DNA of 17,461 bases, taken from the NCBI GenBank assembly GCA_040260805.1, contig JBDQPD010000071.1:1-17461 (forward strand), written 5' to 3'. The notes below the pieces were generated by a model. That model saw only the letters and a list, made by a program, of their open reading frames with translations. It was not told where the DNA came from and ran no database searches. The position numbers and the translations under genes are program-made. This stretch comes from Myxococcota bacterium (GTDB taxonomy: Bacteria; Myxococcota; UBA4151). Of this stretch, positions 1 through 7,887 are shown piece by piece (within the stretch, counting starts at the first letter, position 1; the number at the start of each line of letters is the position of its first letter).

Positions 1-2
1 GC

Positions 3-2264
3 AACGCAGACGACACCGACGCCTGCTTGACGGATTGCTCGGTCGCCGCTTGCGGTGACGGCGTTAGCCGCACGGACGTCGCCGAGGGAGCGCCCGGCTA
101 CGAGGCTTGCGATGACGGCAACGACAGCGAGCTCGATGGCTGCCTAAGAGGCTGCGTGGCTGCGCGCTGCGGTGACGGCGTTGTGCGCGAAGACCTGAGC
201 CCAGAGGACCTCGGGTTTGAGGAATGCGACGACGCCAACGACGACGACACCGACGCGTGCTTAGCCAGCTGCCAACTGGCGAGCTGCGGTGATGGCATCG
301 TCGGGCCGAACGAAGGCTGCGATGACGCCAACGACGACCCCACCGATGGATGCAATCAATGCGTGCCCTCGGCTTGCGGTGATGGCGTCGTTCAAGACGG
401 GGAGATTTGCGATGACGGAAACGGAGATGACCGTGACAGCTGTTTGAGCACCTGCGCGCCAGCGCGCTGCGGCGATGGCGTCTCCCGAACAGACCTCGAA
501 CCAGGCACTGCGGGTGCTGAATCCTGCGATGACGGCAACGCAGACCCGTCCGATGCCTGCACGACGGCTTGCCGAGTCGCCGCGTGCGGCGACTCGATTT
601 TACGTCGTGATCTCCAGCCCGAAGAGCAAGGTTTTGAGGCTTGTGATGATGGCAACGTCGCTTCAGGCGATGGCTGCTCAAGCACCTGTGGTCTCGAGCG
701 CTGTGGCAATGGCCGCGTGGATCAAGGTGAGCAGTGCGATGACGGCAACCGTGACGACTCGGACGACTGCACCAACGGCTGCCAAACGGCGCGCTGCGGC
801 GACCGTATTTTGCGCGTGGGCGTCGAAGAATGCGACGACGGCAACGAGGTCCAGACCGACGCCTGCCTGAGTAACTGCGAGGTCGCTCGCTGCGGTGACG
901 AAGAGGTCTGGCAGGGCCGGGAAGAGTGTGATGATGGTAACGAGATCGATACCGACAACTGCCGCAACGATTGCACCATTGTGCGCTGCGGTGATGGGGT
1001 CGTCGCCGGCGGAATTGAGGCCTGCGATGATGGCAACCAAGTCGACACCGACGCCTGCCGAAACGATTGTGAATTGGCGGTCTGCGGTGATGGCGTTCGG
1101 CGCGACGATCTGAACTTAGGCGATGAAGGCTATGAAGGCTGCGACGACGGTAACCAGATCGAAACCGATGCCTGTCGCAGCATCTGCGCGCCAGCTCGCT
1201 GCGGCGATGGAATCGTCCACGGCGGCGTCGAGGCGTGCGATGACGGCAACCCCGCCGATAACGACGCCTGCCGCAACGACTGCAGCGCCGCTCGATGCGG
1301 AGACGGTGTCGTTCATGCGGGGATCGAAGCGTGCGACGACGGCAACGCATCACAAACCGACGACTGCCTGAACAGCTGCGTCATCGCTCGATGCGGTGAT
1401 TCGGTCGTCCAGGATGGAGTCGAGGCGTGCGATGACGGTAACCAGAACCAAACCGATGACTGTCTGAGTAATTGCGAAGTGGCGCGCTGTGGAGATGGTC
1501 ACGCTCAAGCGGGTGTCGAGGCGTGCGATGACGGCAACGCCGAGGAAACCGACGCCTGCCGCAACGACTGCAGCGCCGCTCGATGCGGAGACGGCGTGGT
1601 TCATGCGGGTGTCGAAGCATGCGACGACGGCAACGCGACGCAAACCGATGCCTGCCTCAACAACTGCGTCGCGGCGCGCTGCGGTGATGGTGAAGTCCAA
1701 GACGGTGTCGAAGCGTGCGATGATGGCAACGCCTCGCAAACCGACGCCTGCCTCAACAGTTGCGTACCTGCACAATGCGGCGACGGGCACGTTCAAGCCG
1801 GCGTCGAAGCGTGCGACGACGCCAACAATGCGCAGACCGACGCCTGCCTCAACAACTGCGTCGCCTCAACCTGCGGTGACGGGCACGTCCGCGCAGGGGT
1901 CGAAGCATGCGATGATGGCAATCAAAACAACGGCGACGCCTGCAGCAACGCCTGCACCGAAAACCGACGCCCATGTTCTGAGATTGCGACCGCCTGGTGC
2001 CAAGCCAAAGGCTGGTCGGTAGCCGGCAGCGCCCAAGGCGGGAACATCGTGTGCACGATCGACAACCGGGGCACCGGCAGCAACTGCGACAGCTGCGGCA
2101 CCTACAACATTATCGTGTGGCAAAACGGATCCCAAGAACGCCACTGCCCCGGCTCCTACTCAACCCAAGCCGGGACCTATTACAGCGCCCACACGCCATG
2201 CGCTTGCGGCAACAACCTCGACGCTTGCGGTCAATGGAACATGCAAAACTGCATCCCCGACTGA
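3..2264 (+). CDS. Myxococcus Cys-rich repeat (DUF4215-type) surface protein, 5'-truncated; at least 19 repeats plus a distinct ~100-aa C-terminal domain with 10 Cys
   Basis: Frame is open from base 3 ([12 protein letters not shown]...), so the TTG at 27 is not the true start. There are 19 units of CG(D/N)x...E(A/E/G)CDDGN..xDxCxxxC. Stop is TGA at 2262-2264. Confidence 0.9.
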   Translation, partial: NADDTDACLTDCSVAACGDGVSRTDVAEGAPGYEACDDGNDSELDGCLRGCVAARCGDGVVREDLSPEDLGFEECDDANDDDTDACLASCQLASCGDGIVGPNEGCDDANDDPTDGCNQCVPSACGDGVVQDGEICDDGNGDDRDSCLSTCAPARCGDGVSRTDLEPGTAGAESCDDGNADPSDACTTACRVAACGDSILRRDLQPEEQGFEACDDGNVASGDGCSSTCGLERCGNGRVDQGEQCDDGNRDDSDDCTNGCQTARCGDRILRVGVEECDDGNEVQTDACLSNCEVARCGDEEVWQGREECDDGNEIDTDNCRNDCTIVRCGDGVVAGGIEACDDGNQVDTDACRNDCELAVCGDGVRRDDLNLGDEGYEGCDDGNQIETDACRSICAPARCGDGIVHGGVEACDDGNPADNDACRNDCSAARCGDGVVHAGIEACDDGNASQTDDCLNSCVIARCGDSVVQDGVEACDDGNQNQTDDCLSNCEVARCGDGHAQAGVEACDDGNAEETDACRNDCSAARCGDGVVHAGVEACDDGNATQTDACLNNCVAARCGDGEVQDGVEACDDGNASQTDACLNSCVPAQCGDGHVQAGVEACDDANNAQTDACLNNCVASTCGDGHVRAGVEACDDGNQNNGDACSNACTENRRPCSEIATAWCQAKGWSVAGSAQGGNIVCTIDNRGTGSNCDSCGTYNIIVWQNGSQERHCPGSYSTQAGTYYSAHTPCACGNNLDACGQWNMQNCIPD
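51..1956 (+). repeat. Intragenic tandem repeat array of ~93-96 bp (31-32 aa) and ~117 bp (39 aa) units
   Basis: Recurrent TGCGG(T/C)GA(C/T)GG...TGCGA(T/C)GA(C/T)GGCAAC. A 45-bp perfect duplicate lies at 1262-1306 and 1550-1594, 288 bp (3 x 96) apart. Confidence 0.9.
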
Positions 2265-2293
2265 TCACTTTATCGAACCCAACGAGAGATTCT

Positions 2294-4345
2294 ATGCGTT
2301 TCTTATCTGCTCTGCTTCTGCTCACACTCGTCGCCTGCGACAATGATGATGGCGTCACCGACGGGACCGACGCCGGACCAGGGGCTGCCGCCTGCGGCAA
2401 CGGGACCGTTGAGGGCGACGAAGCCTGCGATGACGGCAACGCCATCGACGTCGATGGGTGTTTAGACTCCTGCGTGCTGGCGCGCTGCGGTGATGGACGT
2501 ATTCGTACCGACATTTCCGAGGGCGCTGCGGGGTTTGAGGCTTGTGACGACGGGAACATAGACGAGCGTGACGCCTGTACGAACAGTTGCGCCGAGGCGG
2601 TTTGCGGTGACGGTATCTTGAGACGAGACCTGACCGCTGGCGACGATGGCTTTGAAGCCTGTGACGATGGGAACGCAGACAACACCGACAGCTGTGTCAG
2701 CGACTGCTCGCAGCCGGCTTGCGGCGATGGCTATGTTCAAGCGAACGAAGCCTGCGATGATGGCAACACCGCTTCGAATGATGGCTGCTCGGCGACCTGT
2801 CTGGATGAAACCGCCGACTCCTTTGATCAAGACGGCGACTGCTTCTGCGCCGGCGATGAGTGCCTGGGTTCGTCAAACGAGGACTGCGGACCGCTTGCGA
2901 GCGGGGACTGCGACGACAACTCTGATCAAATATACCCAGGCGCTGAGGATGCTCCGGATGTCCAAGCGACAGACGCCAACTGCGACGGAATCGACGGCAC
3001 GCTCATCGAGTCAATCTTTATCGACCTCGCAGGAGGCGATGACACCCAAGATGGCACCGCGCCCGCGCAAGCTGTTCAGACGATGGACAGAGCCTTTGAG
3101 CTCGCTAGCGCAACGAACAGGCCCTGGATTCTCGTCTCGGGTCACCATGAACTCAGCGCCCCAGAGCACAACTGGAACCTCACGGCGCACATCGCAGGTG
3201 GTTACGACGCCAGCCAGAATTTTGGTCGAGCGATGGGTGCCTACAGCACCTTCACTGCGACCCAAAGCCGAGGCTTGGTGATCACCAGCTCAATGGACCA
3301 AACAACCCTGGCGAATCTTCACTTTATCGCCGCAGGCGGTAGCAACAGCTACGCGGGCTCCATCGCCCTGCGCGTCGCCGGTGGACGAGTGCAGCTGTCT
3401 GCCTGTCAGGTGGAAAGTCGTAGCGGCCTGGATGGGGTCTCTGGCGCAGCAGGCAACCAAGGACAAGCCGGCGAAAACGGGACCGCCGGTGGGCCCGGAT
3501 GCGTCAACGAAAATGGCTGCGGCAACTGCAACGCGCCAAGCGCAGGTCAAGGTGGCACCTCCTATTGCGGTCGTGGACCCTCCCATTGGGGCGGCAACGG
3601 CGGTAGCCCCGGACTCGCCGTGGGCAACGGTCAAGACGGGGTCTCGCCAGGCGGTGCGCTAGCCGGTGTTGGCGGCACTCGGGGTGCTTTTCGTGGTGAC
3701 GGTCAAGATGGAACGAACGGCCAAAATGCCGCAGCAGGTACTAGCGCTTCAGCGCCGCTGAACAGCCTCTCGGTCGCCAATGGCGTGGTCACCGTGTCGG
3801 GAGGCTCCAATGGCGCCCGCGGGGGCTGCGGCGGCTCAGGCGGCGGCGGCGGCGGTGCCGGTGGTACCATCTATTTGAGCTGCAACTACTACGGCGGCGC
3901 AGGTGGCGGTGGTGGCGGCGGCGGCTCGGGCGGCGAGCCCGGAATGGGCGGCGCAGGAGGAGGCTCAAGCGTCGCGCTCTCCCTCTACGCCGACGCGCAA
4001 GTTGAGCTGATTAATAGCGCCGTGATCTCAGGCGATGCTGGCCGAGGCGGGAACGGCGGTGCGGGCGGACCAGGCGGTGCGGGTGGATTGGGCCGCGCTG
4101 GGGGTAACGACCGCTTTGATCTGACCTATGAGGGTGGTCGAGGCGGCGACGGTGGCAATGGAGGCGCTGCCGGGCATGGTGCTGGTGGCGCTGGAGGCGC
4201 GAGTATTGCCGTGTTGTGCAGTGACAACGCCACCTTGACCTCCAGCGAATCAACGCTGACTCGAGGGACGCCTGGTCCAGGCGGAGCGGGCGCTGGTGCA
4301 GCAGGGCCTTCAGGCATCGCTGCAGCCAGCCGAGGCTGCGACTAG
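2294..4345 (+). CDS. Lipoprotein with 4 DUF4215-type Cys repeats, a MopE-like metal-binding motif, a beta-helix-type passenger region and a PGRS-like Gly-rich C-terminus (683 aa)
   Basis: ATG at 2294 gives the signal MRFLSALLLLTLVA-C (lipobox LVAC). It then has CGNG/CGDG repeats, DCDDNSDQIYPGAEDAPDVQATDANCDGIDG, and IFIDLAGGDDTQDGTAPAQAVQTMDRA (DUF1565-like cap). Long GGxGGxGG tracts follow. The ORF-track start at 1997 overlaps the upstream gene and is rejected. Confidence 0.85.
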   Translation: MRFLSALLLLTLVACDNDDGVTDGTDAGPGAAACGNGTVEGDEACDDGNAIDVDGCLDSCVLARCGDGRIRTDISEGAAGFEACDDGNIDERDACTNSCAEAVCGDGILRRDLTAGDDGFEACDDGNADNTDSCVSDCSQPACGDGYVQANEACDDGNTASNDGCSATCLDETADSFDQDGDCFCAGDECLGSSNEDCGPLASGDCDDNSDQIYPGAEDAPDVQATDANCDGIDGTLIESIFIDLAGGDDTQDGTAPAQAVQTMDRAFELASATNRPWILVSGHHELSAPEHNWNLTAHIAGGYDASQNFGRAMGAYSTFTATQSRGLVITSSMDQTTLANLHFIAAGGSNSYAGSIALRVAGGRVQLSACQVESRSGLDGVSGAAGNQGQAGENGTAGGPGCVNENGCGNCNAPSAGQGGTSYCGRGPSHWGGNGGSPGLAVGNGQDGVSPGGALAGVGGTRGAFRGDGQDGTNGQNAAAGTSASAPLNSLSVANGVVTVSGGSNGARGGCGGSGGGGGGAGGTIYLSCNYYGGAGGGGGGGGSGGEPGMGGAGGGSSVALSLYADAQVELINSAVISGDAGRGGNGGAGGPGGAGGLGRAGGNDRFDLTYEGGRGGDGGNGGAAGHGAGGAGGASIAVLCSDNATLTSSESTLTRGTPGPGGAGAGAAGPSGIAAASRGCD

Positions 4346-4355
4346 AGGCTGATGC

Positions 4356-5591
4356 CTAAGGATTGAACCCCGTCACAACCATTGCGTTTCGACCTGCGTG
4401 GGTTGCCAGTTCGATAGCCTGCGCTGCCCCCGCCGCAGGCGTCGCCAACCCAAGCCCGATCGCCACGGAGCCGTTGGCGTTGTTGAGCATGTCGACAGCC
4501 GCTTGGTTCAATTCAAACTCAAAGACCTGTCCACGCAACGACACGTCAACCAAGCGCATTCCATAGCTGGTGCCGCTGCGCAGATCCTCGACGATCGCCT
4601 GGGAGCTACCGCTTGCGGTCAGCGTATTGATCGGTGTGCTGACATCCCAAGCTTCAATCGCTTCAACCGCGTCGTTATAGTCAAAGTAATTGGTCATCAG
4701 CAGACGTAGACGGGCGGTCACGACCACGTCCGGCATGGTCGCGGTATCCACCACCAAGAATCCAGCGATATAGCCTTGATCAGGCGTAAACACAGCGCCG
4801 ATGCTCAACTGCTCGCTCTCGGCATCGTGCCCCCCATTGAAGGTCGCGTGCCAACCTTGATCCAACACGGGCAGTTGAACGGTCTCAGGGTCTGTGCACA
4901 CGCCAGCGGCGCACACCTGATCTCCAGCGCAGGCTTGATTGCACGCGCCGCAGTGGTCGATGTTGAGCGTCAAGTTGATGCACACGCCGTCGCAGTTGGT
5001 CGTCCCGCCCACGCAGTTGAGTCCGCATTGAGACTCACTGCACACCTCTCCGACTGGGCAGGCGCTGTCGCAGGCACCGCAATGATCAGAGTGGGACGTG
5101 GTGTCGACGCAGGCGTCTGCGCAGGGCGTGGTCCCGCCATAGCAGACCAAACCACACTGCCCATCAACGCAGATGTTGCCATCGGCGCAGGCGTTGCCAC
5201 AGGCGCCGCAGTTGAAGTCACTGGTCTGGACATCCACACACAAGCCATCGCAGTCGGTGGTGCCACCGCCGCAGTTGAGCGCGCACTGACCCTGAGTGCA
5301 GAGCTCTCCCTCAGCGCAGGTGTTTCCACACGCACCGCAATGATCGGTGTCGTTGGTCAGGTTAACGCATGACCCAGCACAATCACTCGTTCCGCCGACG
5401 CACTCGAGCGCACAGCCACCATCTTGGCAGACCAGCCCAGCTTCACAGACCGTCCCGCAGGCGCCGCAGTTCGATGGATCAATTTCGATATTAACACAGG
5501 TTCCATCGCAGAGCGTGGCGCCAGGACATTCATCCGCAGGCTCACAGGCCATCCAAGTACACGCGAGCAGCAAAGACATCATCAAACGCAT
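4356..5591 (-). CDS. Cys-rich lipoprotein with 5 Stig1/MXAN_6577-like repeats (CGAC motif) and a C-terminal beta-sandwich domain (411 aa)
   Basis: ATG at 5591 has AGGAG 8 nt upstream (5600-5604). Signal is MRLMMSLLLACTWMAC. Five ~43-aa repeats of the form CxxxCVxxxxxxx(N/H)CGACxxxCxxGxxCxxxxC. The C-terminal domain (GFLVVDTATMPDVVVTARLRL...WDVSTP...DLRSGTSYG) resembles DNRLRE/CBM96-like domains. Confidence 0.82.
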   Translation of the reverse strand: MRLMMSLLLACTWMACEPADECPGATLCDGTCVNIEIDPSNCGACGTVCEAGLVCQDGGCALECVGGTSDCAGSCVNLTNDTDHCGACGNTCAEGELCTQGQCALNCGGGTTDCDGLCVDVQTSDFNCGACGNACADGNICVDGQCGLVCYGGTTPCADACVDTTSHSDHCGACDSACPVGEVCSESQCGLNCVGGTTNCDGVCINLTLNIDHCGACNQACAGDQVCAAGVCTDPETVQLPVLDQGWHATFNGGHDAESEQLSIGAVFTPDQGYIAGFLVVDTATMPDVVVTARLRLLMTNYFDYNDAVEAIEAWDVSTPINTLTASGSSQAIVEDLRSGTSYGMRLVDVSLRGQVFEFELNQAAVDMLNNANGSVAIGLGLATPAAGAAQAIELATHAGRNAMVVTGFNP

Positions 5592-5672
5592 TGGAGAGAC
5601 TCCTAAGATCATCATTTTCTGGGTCAAACCAGGCGCAGTTCAACCCTGCCGAGGCTCCAGCCCGGTCATCCC

Positions 5673-5691
5673 TGGGTGCTGTGCGCACCCA
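5673..5691 (-). other. Short hairpin downstream of the rod-like gene (7-bp stem, no U-tract)
   Basis: TGGGTGC-tgtgc-GCACCCA, about 20 nt after the stop at 5711. It could stabilise the transcript 3' end but is not a convincing intrinsic terminator. Confidence 0.3.
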
Positions 5692-5710
5692 TTCGGTAGC
5701 TAAGAACGAA

Positions 5711-6214
5711 CTAGACTTGGGTTTGAAGCGTCTGTTTGACGCCGCTCGTCGCTTTTTCAACCACCTTAGAGGTCAGCTCGAGCTCTTGGCTGAACTTGTA
5801 GACGCCAGCCTGAACCGCCAGCAACTCGGTCGGTGAGAAGGAGCGACCTGAGGTCGCCAGCTTAATGATTTTATCCAGCTTGCCTTGGCCGTCCATGACG
5901 CCACCAAAAAGCTTCTCAAGGCCCGCTTCACCGGCTTTACCAGGGGCGTTGACCTTTGCGCCGCGGCTCTCGATCAGGCTGCGCACCTTGTTCATTCGAG
6001 TCGATTCACTCTTTTGAGCTTCAGCGACAATGTCCATGCCCTGGACTTGCTCGGTCTGCTGAGCGGCTTCTGCGCCGCCCGCCTTATTGACCATATTGGC
6101 GAAGTTGCCCTGACCAGCGCCCTGCGCTTGATCGGCTTGTGCCGCTTGTTGTTGAATCTGCTGCAGCTGCTGCAACATTTGCGAGGGATTACCGCTTCCG
6201 GTGATGCCTGACAT
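5711..6214 (-). CDS. T3SS inner-rod-like protein (SctI / EscI-YscI-HrpB2 family), 167 aa
   Basis: ATG at 6214 has a strong SD (AAAGGAGG, 6219-6226). The N-terminus is Gln/Ala/Gly-rich and low complexity, with no Sec signal. The C-terminal helix SPTELLAVQAGVYKFSQELELTSKVVEKATSGVKQTLQTQV fits the recalled inner-rod pattern (P.ELL..Q......ELx.K...K....V..L...Q). Confidence 0.72.
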   Translation of the reverse strand: MSGITGSGNPSQMLQQLQQIQQQAAQADQAQGAGQGNFANMVNKAGGAEAAQQTEQVQGMDIVAEAQKSESTRMNKVRSLIESRGAKVNAPGKAGEAGLEKLFGGVMDGQGKLDKIIKLATSGRSFSPTELLAVQAGVYKFSQELELTSKVVEKATSGVKQTLQTQV

Positions 6215-6254
6215 TTCGCCTCCTTTTGCAACCACACGAGCGGCTACAGAACCT

Positions 6255-6281
6255 TTATCGGCTCCCGATCACAAGAGTTGT
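6255..6281 (-). promoter_or_regulatory. Putative sigma28-type promoter for the rod-like gene
   Basis: Minus strand reads ACAACTCT-N11-GCCGATAA. The -10 octamer is a perfect sigma28 match, canonically spaced, 40 nt upstream of ATG 6214. Its TAA is also the stop codon of the sigma gene. Confidence 0.65.
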
Positions 6282-6980
6282 GTCATTAAGGCGTTTTTCC
6301 AACATTTGCCGCAATCTGCCAATAGCCTGCGCATGTTTTCTGCTCATCCAGGATTTAGAGATTCCCATATCCTCGCCCAACTCCTTGAGCGTTCGGTCTT
6401 CGAAATAGAAGCCGAGGATGATGGCGCGGTCTTCGTCTTTCATATCGTCCATGACCTCGCGAACGATGCCGACCATCTGCCGCTTCTCAACCTGGCTGTG
6501 AATCTTCTCGCCGCCCTCATGGCTGGGCTCAAAGCCCTCGATGCCCTCTAAAGACGTCACAAAGACGGTCACCAAGTTCGCGATCACATCGGCGGACCCC
6601 TGAACTTGCTCATCAAGAGTGCGCTTGTCATCGCCCAAGACCGCAGCGTTACGATCGGACTCATAGGTGAGGTAATCCGAGGCCCCGCGCTCTGCTCGAA
6701 CGTGGGCATACTCAGACCGATTCAACCAACCAAACTTGCGCAAGCCGTCGTAGATCGAGCCTTGAATTCGGTAGTAGGCGTACGAGGAAAATCGAGCCCC
6801 TCCGCCCGGGTCAAAGCGTTGCGAGGCCTCCACCAAGCCGACCATACCGTAGGCGACCAGATCATCGAGTTCGAGATTGCGAGGCAGCTTGCGGCTGATC
6901 TTGTGAGCGATCGCGCGCACCAGACCCTGATGGTCTGTTACCAACGCTCGCCGATCAACCTCCACCATCGCCTCCGTCAC
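6255..6980 (-). CDS. FliA/WhiG (sigma28)-family RNA polymerase sigma factor, 241 aa
   Basis: Region 2: LVRAIAHKISRKLP..LELDDLVAYGMVGLVEASQRFDP..GARFSSYAYYRIQGSIYDGLRKFGWLNR. Region 4 HTH: FYFEDRTLKELGEDMGISKSWMSRKHAQAIGRLR. The GTG start overlaps the upstream stop (GTGA); ATG at 6968 is an alternative. Confidence 0.92.
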   Translation of the reverse strand: MTEAMVEVDRRALVTDHQGLVRAIAHKISRKLPRNLELDDLVAYGMVGLVEASQRFDPGGGARFSSYAYYRIQGSIYDGLRKFGWLNRSEYAHVRAERGASDYLTYESDRNAAVLGDDKRTLDEQVQGSADVIANLVTVFVTSLEGIEGFEPSHEGGEKIHSQVEKRQMVGIVREVMDDMKDEDRAIILGFYFEDRTLKELGEDMGISKSWMSRKHAQAIGRLRQMLEKRLNDTTLVIGSR

Positions 6981-7363
6981 TTCGAACTCCGATCCGCGAG
7001 ACGGCGGAACTGGTCCGCAAGCCGGTCGGCCATGCGCGGGTCGTCGTCGAGCACCTTGGCCACTTGATCTTCAATTTTACGAACACCTTTACCCTGAAGC
7101 CCTTTAAAGCGGTCCTTAATCACCGCATGGACGGCTCTCCGAATCGCCTCGTGACGATCTTCGATGCCGCCATCGCGCAGCTCCTCAGCGATTCGCTGCC
7201 AGGCTTCCGATAACGCCGAACGAGCTTCATCTGGATCGAGCGCAGTGGTCTTATCGACCTGCTCAACCTTGAAGGCCTTCTTGGCTTTGTCTGCGCCTTG
7301 AGCCCCTTTGACCCCCGAAGGTCCTTTGGGGCCACGAGGTCCGCCGCCACGTCCGATCCGCAA
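6977..7363 (-). CDS. Hypothetical protein, 128 aa (disordered Gly/Lys N-terminus, helical C-terminus), translationally coupled to the sigma factor
   Basis: TTG start with GGAGG SD at 7371-7375. It starts 2 nt after the upstream stop and has a GTGA overlap with the downstream gene. Confidence 0.8.
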   Translation of the reverse strand: MRIGRGGGPRGPKGPSGVKGAQGADKAKKAFKVEQVDKTTALDPDEARSALSEAWQRIAEELRDGGIEDRHEAIRRAVHAVIKDRFKGLQGKGVRKIEDQVAKVLDDDPRMADRLADQFRRLADRSSK

Positions 7364-7365
7364 AG

Positions 7366-7782
7366 CTAAGCCTCCACGTCAAAGCAGCCCAACTCTTGGG
7401 CCTGGATCAGGTTGAGCGCAAACTGCTTTGCTGACCCATCCGAACCCGCAATTGAGATCGCATGATGACAGGCTTCTAAGCCTTCCTCCACTTTTCCGCC
7501 CCAAAGTAAGGCTTCGCCTAAATGAGCCCAGCAGGCAGCTCGGTCCGCTTCACGCTCAACGGCTTGGCGCTGAGCTTTCTCAGCGAGCGCCAGCTTACCT
7601 TTCGCAAAGTGAAGGTTGCCTAAGAGCATGGGGGGGACGCCCGAGTGAGGGATCAGGTGCCCGACTCCATCAAAGACATCGCTGGCTTGTTTTTGCCGAC
7701 CCATCTGCGCCAGCAGCTGACCGGCTTCCAAAAGGAGCGCAACGGTCTGTTGTTCGACGGCGACGATTCCTTCAATCTTCAT
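7366..7782 (-). CDS. Small TPR protein, 138 aa; putative T3SS chaperone (YscG/CdsG- or SycD-like)
   Basis: About 3 TPR-like helix pairs (LLLEAGQLLAQMGRQKQASDVF; LLGNLHFAKGKLALAEKA; WAHLGEALLWGGKVEEG). GGAG SD at 7792-7795. It is the gene directly after the needle-like gene. Confidence 0.8.
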   Translation of the reverse strand: MKIEGIVAVEQQTVALLLEAGQLLAQMGRQKQASDVFDGVGHLIPHSGVPPMLLGNLHFAKGKLALAEKAQRQAVEREADRAACWAHLGEALLWGGKVEEGLEACHHAISIAGSDGSAKQFALNLIQAQELGCFDVEA

Positions 7783-7813
7783 GATCGATTTCTCCAGCTC
7801 TTATCCGAACCAC

Positions 7814-7852
7814 AAAAAAGCAGCGGCGGAGACCCAATAGCCTCCGCCGTGC
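7814..7852 (-). terminator. Intrinsic terminator after the needle-like gene
   Basis: Minus-strand RNA reads GCA-CGGCGGAGGC-UAUUGG-GUCUCCGCCG-C-UGC-UUUUUU. This is a 10-bp GC-rich stem with one G-U pair, a 3-bp extension and a U6 tract, 35 nt downstream of stop 7888. Confidence 0.8.
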
Positions 7853-7887
7853 GTTTTGACCATCTGCGCGATGCGACCTGTGAAAGC

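Noticed and set aside
1254..1261. GCCGATAA inside gene 1, and similar octamers at 7206-7213, 7251-7258, 7801-7808 and 15911-15918
   Set aside because: They are intragenic, antisense or mismatched, and none has the CAAC or TAAA element at the right spacing. Treated as chance occurrences.
64..1353. 429-aa minus-strand ORF and other antisense or alternate-frame ORFs over 64-5700
   Set aside because: These are Arg/His- or Ser/Pro-rich shadows of GC-rich repeat genes that have clear motifs in another frame.
51..1956. Regularly spaced repeats as a CRISPR array
   Set aside because: Units are in-frame multiples of 3 with synonymous variation and encode Cys-rich protein repeats. There are no unique spacers or cas genes.
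1997..2293. N-terminal 99 aa of the 782-aa ORF
   Set aside because: It overlaps the upstream gene. ATG 2294 gives a proper lipoprotein signal peptide.
3839..3925. (GGC)n microsatellite-like runs
   Set aside because: They are poly-Gly codons in the PGRS-like region. Triplet slippage would not shift the frame.
5711..6214. Reading the HrpB-like protein as the ATP-dependent helicase HrpB
   Set aside because: It is only 167 aa with no Walker A or DEAH motifs. The resemblance is to the T3SS inner-rod HrpB/HrpB2 family, which shares the name.
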